Assembly (NCBI RefSeq): GCF_006345805.1
Contig: NC_043003.1
Coordinates: 80,910,001 to 80,974,000 of the forward strand
Direction of reading: 5' to 3'
Length of the DNA: 64,000 nucleotides
From: Octopus sinensis
Taxonomy: Eukaryota
The notes under the pieces are model-generated. The model was not told the origin of the DNA, made no database searches, and saw only the letters and a list, made by a program, of their open reading frames with translations. Shown piece after piece: positions 53,905 to 64,000 of this stretch. Within the stretch, counting starts at the first letter, position 1. Every line of letters begins with the position of its first letter. Position numbers and translations under genes: made by a program.

Positions 53905-54243
53905 AAACAGCAGGAACAGCAAGAGGTGGATGGCTATTAAAGCAAGAATATAGTCTACTTTGTTGTTGATGTTTATATTATAAGTGGCGAAGACATAGAT
54001 ATATGTTTGATCAAGACGTTCGATTTGAACTTCGTGGTTCTAGGATCAACTCCCGTGTACGGGATATTGAGCAAGGATCTTCTACCACAAATGCGCGTTG
54101 ACTGTACGTAAATTTGCTACGAAGAAACTGTACGTAAAACCACTGTTTGCACACATACAAACACACCACACACACACGCGCACGCACGCACACACACACA
54201 CACACCACACACACACACACACACATACATATATATATGTATA

Positions 54244-54979
54244 TCGGGTGGTTGGAAAATAACTATGCAATTTTCAGTATCGCTGAAGTTATGACGAAAA
54301 CATTTTAAAGCAGATAACGCTAATGGGGATTTCTTATTTACTTATTGTCTTATTTCTTATTTCTTATTTTCCAGATGCCAGGTCGCTTGACTGTTCAGCA
54401 GCGAGCTAAGATGGCAGCACGCTATGGAGTGTGGAATTCCATTGTCTCAGAAATGGTGGCATTCATGGAAACGTAATCATGCAACACTATGGTCGGTGGC
54501 AATAAAAAGTTGTCATGCAAAACTGATGACCAAGTGTTCTGTGAACGATGCAAGAAGTGGCCGTCCAACCACATCCCGAGCAGCAGAGAACGTGGCAATA
54601 GTGCAGGAAATGTTTAATCGCAAGGGACTAGAAGTCCATAACTTCAAGAAATCCGACTCTCACTCCATGTAATTTTTATCTGTGAGGTTACGCAATAGGG
54701 GTGTACAAGACAAAACCTCACACACCAGAAGACTTCAAGACGCGGATTGAGGATGTTGTCAAGGATATCCCAGACGATGTTCTTCAGAAGGTTCTCCATT
54801 CCAACCTTGGCCGTTTTAGGGATCTTGTTGAAGCCACCGGTGCTTACGTTGAAATATAAAGATTTACTTTCATTTTCCAAAGTAATAAAAAATATGTATC
54901 ATTTGTGTAAATAAATTTGTAAAAGAAAATTTGATTTTATTACCAATTTTTAATACCTACTTACTTTTCAGCCACCCTG
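54244..54979 (+). mobile_element. Internally deleted Tc1/mariner-superfamily element (DUF4817-like N-terminus)
   Basis: TIRs gggtggttggaaaataa / ttacttttcagccaccctg next to TA. N-terminus MPGRLTVQQRAK...ARSGRPTTSR is joined to a C-terminal DLTPCNFYL*G...VYKTKPHT...ATGAYVEI*. Confidence 0.85.
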
Positions 54980-55211
54980 TATAAATATACACACATAGAT
55001 AGAGAGAAAGAGAGGGAGAGAGGGAGAGATATAGGGAGAATGAGAGAGAGGAAGACGTAGAGAGAATTATGAAATAGATAATAGTAGGGAGAGAGAAGTA
55101 ACTTTTCGTACACGAATTTATATATTTTTAATCTGAATGTAATAAATTCATACATATATTATGTATGTAAATATCTATGCATGTATGTATGTACAGACAC
55201 ACACACTCTCA

Positions 55212-55243
<32 letters not shown>

Positions 55244-55258
55244 TACACACACATACAA

Positions 55259-55333
<75 letters not shown>

Positions 55334-55362
55334 TAATATATATATATGTGTGTGTTTGTGTG

Positions 55363-55945
55363 TACGTGGTCTGATCAATAAGTATCCGGACTGTGTGCCG
55401 TAGTAACGAAGCTAACACATGCACAGTAAATCTGCTTGGTGAAGATTGAACTTGAACTCTGCTTTGAATGCGTACTAAGTTTTAATGTAAAATGCTTAGA
55501 AGGAAGGTGTGTAGCTTTTGATCGTAGCATTGACCATGGCAGTGAAAGTTGTCATGGCGATAACTGCTCAGACGCTCACGCAAAGTTATAAAAAGCACAC
55601 GGAGAGGAGTGTACGAGTGGTTGAGACAGTTCCAAGATGGCCGAAAAATTCTCGATACTGACGAAAGTTCTGGGCGACCCTCAACCAGTCCTACTGATAA
55701 AAATAATGTAGATGTGCATGAAGGTTTGAGGGGAAATCGTCAAATCACCATTCGTGAGTTCTCAGAGGATGTGCAAATTACTTAAGGTTGAGTTTAGTCC
55801 ATTATCACTGAAGACTTGGGTCTGAGACTCATGTCTGCCAAATTTGTGCCGAAACTGTTTTCAACTAACCAAAACGGCACTCGAGTTTCAGTTGCTCAAG
55901 TTCTCCTTCATTGTGTCGAGAGTGATGAAATCTTTTTGAAAATTT
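55363..55945 (+). mobile_element. 3'-truncated mariner element, transposase N-terminus decayed
   Basis: TIR-like start tacgtggtctgatcaataagtatccggact; EWLRQFQDGR...SSGRPSTS...IITEDLGLRLMSAKFVPKL (WVPK-type motif). Confidence 0.8.
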
Positions 55946-56954
55946 TGCGTAGGCCTCTGGACAGGTATCGTCAAGCTTTTGGCAAATTTGATGCAGATTC
56001 TCTGCTCAGTTTTGGCTGGCGGGGTCAATACGATTTGAAAGCAAATATCGCTGTTTCACTTTATCCTCTCTTTCAATTTCTACTCTCTTCAAAGCATACA
56101 GAAATTAAAACAATTTTACGGAAATTAAACATAAGAAATTAAACATAAGATCCCATATATGTCCAGCTGACAACTTTGCTTCTTCAAACGAAAGAATGCC
56201 ACAAAATAACTTTGTTTGATACATATTCGCTCTAGGTAAAACTTCTGTTCGAATTATGTTATTTCTTGCAGTGTGCATACGCAAATTTACAGCTCAAATC
56301 CAGTTGAAATGATCTTTTTCTATTGGGTAATTTGTGATTATGATCAACATATCTAAAAACCTGATCTTTGATATAAACTTGAAAGGAAGTTTTCCCAGAA
56401 ATCCTGTCCTTTATCTCTTCTTTCTAGCATGTTCGAGGTGACATTCCCTTCTACTTTTTTCTCCTAAATTCCTTCCAATTCCTATGTTTGCGAAACAGAA
56501 GACTACGATTTAATCCGCAAAATACGTTTGCAGTAATTCAATTTTCTCCCTCTCCACACCAAATTCATTTTTATCAGATTTCTATTCTTGGTAAAATACG
56601 GAAAAAAATCAGTACGAATTTTAAAGAATTTTACCCTTCACCTCAAAACCTACACACTCCCAATATTTTATCTTTTTAGAAAACGGGTAACTTTCTTCGG
56701 AAATAATGTCATTTACCTGTTGTTTCTAGCGTGTCTGTTTTCTGGTGGCGGTCTGGTATATTTAAAGTCTACTATTTCAATAGAATTCTACGCATGCGGA
56801 AATATCACCCAAAAATGAAAGATTGGAAGGTTTCAGCTCTTTGAAAGCTGGTAGGTGGTGGGTGTGCAAGGTGGAGGAAAGGGGATTTTGTGTTTCATTA
56901 AACAATAATATATGTATATATATATATAATGTATATAATGTATATAAATGTGTG

Positions 56955-57008
<54 letters not shown>

Positions 57009-58642
57009 CAGATGTTACAAATCCGTTAAATATGTATATGTGTATGTAAGTGCATATATATATATGTGTGTGTGAGTGTGTGTGTGTGTCTGTGTATTTC
57101 CCAGACTTGTAATCTCTGTATTTTCTACAGAGATTACAAACAAATTCGAAAAAAGATACATATTAAGAAATTGTAGTGGGTGTAGGTGGAATTTGATATT
57201 GAATACGTGATTTCTCGACAAAATCGTATTAACCCCCCCTTTTATACTATGAAACAATACATAGGTTCTGAACCTTCTTAAGAACAGAAACCACATTCAT
57301 GCAAATTCTACTCTCACCCTTTACTACTAAACAAACAATGACTTCCATTATTCCATTAACTATACGTTACCTGTGCCGATTCTGCACATAAGGAGCAAAT
57401 AATACAATGTGCTTGTAGGTCATGCATTGCAAGTATATTCGTAATAAGGTAAATGTAGATTATGCATATTCAAATTTTATGTTATCTACCGTAATATTAT
57501 ATCCTTCCTCTTACTATATATAATGTCCATCAGCAATGTTTGTGACAAACATGTAAGTAATATGTTTAAGTTACTGGGAAAGGAAATTCAGGCATTTCGT
57601 AATTGTAGCTATTACGTAATACTGGACAAACAAAACAGTGCAAGAATTGAGTATGTTGTTGGCTAGCTTTTACTCCGGTGCAGTCTCGATTTAGGCTGCC
57701 ATTTTCGGTTTCGTTTTTCCATTTACTCTGCTAAATACAAGATACAAGAAGAAATATTTAATACATCGATTTTAATCGATTTTGTCATTGATTACGTGTA
57801 TAAAATATACTGTAGTCAATTAAGGTGTAGCATCAAAATGTAAATTTATCGACGACTGATATTTAAATGAAAAAGGGAATAAATACACATTTTTAAAAAC
57901 TGTGAAGTGCAATATGTCAAGTTTTACACCAACTAGTTTGATCATACATAAGATAGAGTGTGAAGATACGGCTAATTAAACAGTATGCAAATTTTTTACA
58001 AAACCTAATGACAGGGTAGTGAAAATTAATTCATAATGATTTCTATAGTCATAGATTTGAATTAATATATGCATATCCAAATGATATAGATATTCATATA
58101 TTCTGAGACTTATTGGTTTAAATAATTTATGTACATATGCAGTTTTAGAAAATATTTCCTTTGCGCCAGAAATAAACGTACTTGAAATAAAAGCGAATTA
58201 TTACACCTAGAAGTGATTATGACCTACATATAACTCAGACTTCAGACAGTCTACAATCTGACATCAAGACGTTCTACAAATTTGTGATAATTACCAACAA
58301 CTTGTTTATATTTCACAAAGAACGTTTATGTGCAAAATAGGTGATGTAACACTCATAGACAGAACACTAGAATATTTGACATTTCAACGATGAGCAAGCA
58401 TTAGACTTTTGTTTTCTAGACTCGGTCAGTTAAAGACAAATTTTAACCCAATGATTATATTTACTTCGGATTTTCATGACCTATCTTTCACACAATTCTA
58501 TCACATGGGGTTACATTTCTTGTATATTTGCATTTCTGTTTAGTATACATCCTTTACTTAATAATCTTGGTTACACCTGTTTACATACATACATTCATAC
58601 ATACGTACTTACACACAAACACACACATATGCATTTATGTAA

Positions 58643-58721
<79 letters not shown>

Positions 58722-58746
58722 TTTCGGTGCTAAAGGTTTTGTTATA

Positions 58747-59120
58747 GGGTGGCCTATTTTACAATCCTGTAAATAATGATAACAATGCTTTTAACACCGT
58801 GAAATGACTAAGGAAAATCGTCTAATAACGGGGCAAATAAGCCCTCACATATAAAAGACATACACGAACTATTATAGTTCTTAAATCTGAGAAGCAAAGA
58901 GGTCCTGATTCGCTGGCGTAAAAGTAACACACTTAGTTGCGTTAGCAAATGGATGTGTATTTGACTCTCACGCAGATAGGTAGGCCTTCTTTTTTTCAGT
59001 CGATGGCTTATATGCTCCTTCATTTAGACTATTTTCCTAAGTCATTGCACGGTGATCGCCATAAGTTTATATAAAGAAAATACCATTATTATTATTTAGA
59101 GGCTTGTAAAAACGGCACTG
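58747..59120. mobile_element. Tc1/mariner-type MITE
   Basis: TA-flanked ends; inverted arms ttttacaa.cct.taaataat and caccgtg.aatgact.aggaaaat.gtctaa. Confidence 0.7.
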
Positions 59121-59150
59121 TATAAAAAACCATTCGCACCAATATATATA

Positions 59151-59179
<29 letters not shown>

Positions 59180-59181
<2 letters not shown>

Positions 59182-60056
59182 CGAGTGGGTGTCCAAAAGA
59201 AACAGGAAATTTGCAATATTATTTGATCGACTCAATTTTACATGTTTATATTTACCGCATTCAAAGTATTCTTCATTTGAAGCAATGCACCGGTCCAGAT
59301 ACGTTTTCCACTTTTCGAAACAGTGCTGGAACTCTTGCTACTTGGTACTTTTTAACTCCTTCGTTGATTTTTTTCCTCGCTTCTTCAGCATCTGCTAATT
59401 CCATAGCTCTAGCTTTCCTCAGCAGGGATGAGCTTCGACAAAAGATCTGCATCAACTTCCATCTGTTCTTTCAGTTTACGACACGTACTCAATCGTGACT
59501 GCTTTTGATTTTCCGTGAGCAAGCGATGCACAAATTTTGCTTCAACTCTTTTCATTCGCAATTCCTCGTTCAAAATTCATTGGCAGGAACTCTAGGAAAC
59601 ACTAGTCATATCAACAAGTCCGTCAATTGTTCTGTGATCGTTCTCGATATTAGTTCATGAATTTTCATAATGTTTCGTTCGTTCGGGAGGTAACGGTCGC
59701 CCTGAACGATATTGGTTTTCAAGCGACGAGTGATCATACCAAAAGCGTGAAAACCACGCGTAAACTTGTGTTTTCATCATAGCGGCTTCTTGTAAGCTAT
59801 TTGAAGCATGGCACTTGTTTCAATCGACCTTTTCCCCCAACGAAAAATCAGAATTTCACGGAAGCACACGCTTCCCTCGTTTCAACCATGGCAAAACTCG
59901 AATACCGGAGAGGTGCTGGAAAACAATGATGGCCCACGTAGCACAGTACGACCTCAATGAACCACGCTGGTCGGTGGCTTCAGCGGTGGAAGCCTGAACT
60001 AATACAGGCTTCTCCCACAGAGATCATTTCCTGTTACTTTTTGGTACCTCCTCGTA
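59180..60056 (-). mobile_element. Non-autonomous mariner, same family as 812-2193
   Basis: TIRs tacgagtgggtgtccaaaagaaacaggaaat / atttcctgttactttttggtacctcctcgta inside (TA)n; body aligns with 1520-2070. Confidence 0.85.
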
Positions 60057-60154
60057 TATATATATATATATACTGTATCTGTTTCTCTCACTCTCTGTAT
60101 ATATTTGAAGACTCTCTTAGGTCAGGAATAACTGTGGAAATTAACCGAGAAATT

Positions 60155-60420
60155 TTACCCCGAACTACAATTCCAGGTAAGGTTTTTTTTGTGGGAGACC
60201 AGCAGTTGTCCCTGCATACCAGTCTTCATTCTCTCCACGCCGCTGATGTTGTCCAAGACAAAGCCAAGGGCCGATGCAATTTGGCACCAGTGATAACGCA
60301 ACTCATTCCTACAGCTGGATGAACTGGAGCAATATGAAATAATGTATATTTCTCAAGAACACAAGAAACAGCCCGATTCGGAACTGGAACTCGCAGCCTA
60401 ACGAGTGAAAACCATGCGCC
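60155..60420 (-). mobile_element. Family D SINE
   Basis: gagaccagcag...cgcaactcatt.ctacagctg..tgaactggagcaa...ctcaagaacacaa matches 2290-2470. Confidence 0.75.
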
Positions 60421-60929
60421 TTTTCGATCCTTCTCTTTTCCTTTCTCCCTCACATACACCCACCCACACACGCACAAACGCACATATATATATATATATG
60501 TACAATATATATACACATATAAACACACTATATACTATATGTCTATATATTACATATTGTACATATATCTTGTCGGCCGAAAACGTAACTGATACAAGCT
60601 TGACGTGAATATATCATCATAATTGATAGCTCTTATGGAAGAGAATAAAATTGTGTATAATACCAGACGTATGGCGTCGAGAGATTTGAACTTTTGTTTG
60701 ATCTAATTAGGGAAGAAAACCATAACCATATGTGACTTTAGAAATGTTAAGGATAGCGATAAGTGTGTCTCTATTTGGCAAACGAATTTTTGATATCTAT
60801 GAAGTATGTGTTCTTGTTTTAATATACATGCATACATATAAACACATACATATTTACATAGATGCATATATACATACATGTACATATACAGATATATATA
60901 TACATGCATACAAATATATATATATGTGT

Positions 60930-60973
<44 letters not shown>

Positions 60974-62099
60974 TGTATGGAATTATATGGCTTTAATAAT
61001 ATTGCAAACAGGATGAGTATAATTACTTAACCAGGAGTTATAGATCATACTGTGAAATGATTTGTTTAGTAATAGACTCGCGTTATTACTAACAGGCAAA
61101 ATCTTAACTAAATAAAGTTAGGATTATAATTTGTCGAAAAGAAAAAAATAACTGCATCTGAGTTGAAAACTCTTTATAGCTCTATGAAGACTCAATGTTG
61201 TTTTCTATAACGTTATATATTTGTGGATGCGTATGGTATCCTCCTTGCAACATTCCATTCATTTTGAATAATTTCAAACGGAGTTTAATCAAATAATAAC
61301 AACATGAATCAATAGAAAAACGTCATATTAGAGCATGAAAGCCATTCCACTTCAACGTCATTCAGATCATTTAATCAGAACTTTCATTTCATCGAAGAAT
61401 GAACCTGCCCGAAATGTTATATGCCCCCTTATTGTCTTGGCTCATGAATATAAATAAATTTACGAATATAAATATAAAATTTATATTTTACGAATACAGA
61501 TTCAATCAAAATATCCTCGGATTCTCGTATCATTATTACTTTTCTTTTTATATATCTAACAAATCTTTTATATATATCTAACACAATCTAACAAATGGTG
61601 GAATCAGTCAGACACAAGCATTAAGAATCGAAGTACGAGCATTTATTTCAATTGATTTATTTATAACAAACTAATTTTCTACTCTGTTTCAAGTAACTAG
61701 GTAGATGATATATCTTATGTATATGTATGGGTTGTAAACCGATTAACTGTATCTCAGTCAGCATAGGCATGCAATCGCGACCTATATCACAAAATTTCGT
61801 AGTGGCCCTCTCGGCTAGAAATACCAGCACAATCTCTCATTGATCATACCATATTGTCTCCCAAAAACGTTGGATAATTTATACTTCAAATAGATATCTA
61901 CAAACTATACTTCAGTTCTAGATACGAGCTAATTTTTTCCGACCACTACATTCTTGGTATCGATGGGACAATTTTTAGGTTGTGTCTATTTACAAGTGGC
62001 AAATCTGTAGAAAATTCAGTAGAAATAGTAGCTCAAGCGTGATGCAGTAGAAAAAGTGACGAGTGGTGGCATTTATTCCTTGTTATTACAGATATGAAA

Positions 62100-62520
62100 T
62101 AAAAAGTTGAAAGTCTGCACTAGACAAAAGAATTTGAGAAATAGTAGGGAATGTATACATGAGGTCTGTTAGCGTTAAGAGGTACAGATCAAGAGATAGA
62201 TAGGAAAGTGCACAGAAAAGTATGTGCAACCAAACGCATAAATGTATTCTGGGTGATGAGAGAAAGGAATCGAAGCAGGAGATAGATGACACGAGGACAG
62301 GGCATAATGAAATATGTATTGTAGAAAATTAGAATATGGTGAGTAACAGAATTAAAACAAACTGGAAAACACACAAGAAATACTAATTTGAATCAAAAAG
62401 ATTTGACACAGAAGACTTTTGGTAAAATTATGCGTGTAGAAAATTGTATAAAATTACAAGACAAATGGCTGGGACAAGAGGCTCAGAAGCTGTACACGAA
62501 GTGACAACAATGATTAAGTA
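62100..62520 (+). pseudogene. Possible decayed RTE LINE fragment
   Basis: DIDRKVHRKVCATKR...LYKITRQMAG resembles the RTE pre-RT region; weak. Confidence 0.3.
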
Positions 62521-63250
62521 CCCTTATGATACAAGCGGTATTAATAACGAAAGGCAAACTATTCACCACTTAAAAGTAGACAGAGAAAAGAGAAATACTG
62601 CAATATTTATCAAGAGAGAAACTCTCATATGGGTTTTTGGGCATAAATACATATCAGTAATAGACAGCTCGCTATCCCACTCTCTATATTTTTTAATGGG
62701 ATCACTGGCTTTTTGCGACAACGAAGCTTGCTTGGAATCTGTTTTTTCTAGTCATATCGTCAGCGCAGCGCATACTGCTATTTCGACAGCAGCGAGGTGT
62801 CTTCGATTTACAATGCCAGAAGAGGCCGAAATCACATGATCTGGTAGTCCTCGCGGTGTAAGCAGTAGTGCACAAGCATCCGAATACACAAGCATACGAA
62901 CATCACATACACTCAGAATATAATAATGTAATCAAAATTACCTTTCAAAATGACAGTTTACTCAAGAACCAAATCCAAGGGAGATACTCAAAAAATGTCA
63001 TCCAAGAGTTACGCCCATTTATTTATTATCTTCTTTACGAAAATAACTGCGACTTCAACGAAACTGTGTTTTACGTAGAGTGGAAACGAACACCATTCCT
63101 CCATAATCGTCATGGTAAGTTATTACAATAGCAAGCAATTTTTCTACTTTCGTTATATGAAACTGATGGTAGCCTTAATACGCAAATAATGAAATTCTAT
63201 CCATCAATGCGATGTCTGTGCGCATTCATCTTCATCGTTCTACATATACG

Positions 63251-63303
<53 letters not shown>

Positions 63304-64000
63304 TGTGTGTGTGTGTGTGTAAACATAAACTTACATATACATATGTGTGTGTATGTAAGTGCATACACATGTGATTATATACGTTTCACATAGCTATTTG
63401 ATTTTATCAACAATAATACCTGTCAGCATACGGTTCCTTTTCTTTTTAACTTATTTTAGATAGATTTTAATCTACACAGGAAACAAATTTTCAGTGAACT
63501 TGAACCACAAAAGAAAATTCTAAGTTACTTCATATTTACATATAGTAAAAGACGTATTTAGAACATTAGTACTGACCAACATAAAGGGGTTAGTGGAGAA
63601 AGAAAGACAAAAATGGTGGAAGAGAAAAGCTGTTTCGATGATAATGATATATACTAAGTTGTAAAAGACAAGATTATTGATCGTAAAAGTGAATAATGAC
63701 GACCGAATGTCAGAGCACTAGATCAATGAACATGTATAAAACAAAGCCCTAAGTTCGAAAGTTCAACTAAAGAATAGAAGAAAAACGAATCCAATATTAA
63801 TCTGCTCTTATCTTAGTTTCAAATAGTTGTATAGGAGCTGTTGCAGTAACAGGCTGCAGTTTTGCGACGAATCTTCCGACGCTTCATGAAAAGTAGATTT
63901 AGCAATTTATACATTTTTGTAGACAAAACTTGTTCTTGCACAATGTTGTTATTTTAGTTTCAAGATACTGTCTCAATTCAGTCACTTCCTAGATAAGTAG

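Noticed and set aside
53272-53953. Met-rich (+) and Ile-rich (-) ORFs of about 220 aa
   Set aside because: These are alternative frames of the (GAT)n array; poly-Met or poly-Ile has no support as protein.

Overview
Eukaryotic, AT-rich, repeat-saturated genomic DNA, intronic or intergenic in character. Dense (TA)n/(CA)n/(TG)n microsatellites, tRNA-derived SINEs with internal microsatellites, CR1-group LINEs and Penelope-type fragments resemble what I recall of Octopus genomes (inference, not checked). No host protein-coding exon can be called with confidence, and most ORF-track entries are translated microsatellites. Supported content: two 5'-truncated CR1-group LINEs (one with an uninterrupted ~515-codon RT frame); decayed RTE, Tx1/L1, R4/Dong and Tigger fragments; several Tc1/mariner derivatives and MITEs; about 20 SINE copies; and a full-length U6 snRNA copy. 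Most notable: (1) the U6 copy is A-tailed, lacks its T-terminator, is joined to a multimeric SINE, and its 5' flank recurs inverted 2 kb away; (2) an apparently intact minimal dimer-type hammerhead ribozyme, plus a second one split by an inversion; (3) a LINE and a SINE share a 3' tail whose hairpin shows compensatory changes; (4) a 224-codon poly-Asp/Ser-Gly frame missed by the ORF track, which may be only a microsatellite.
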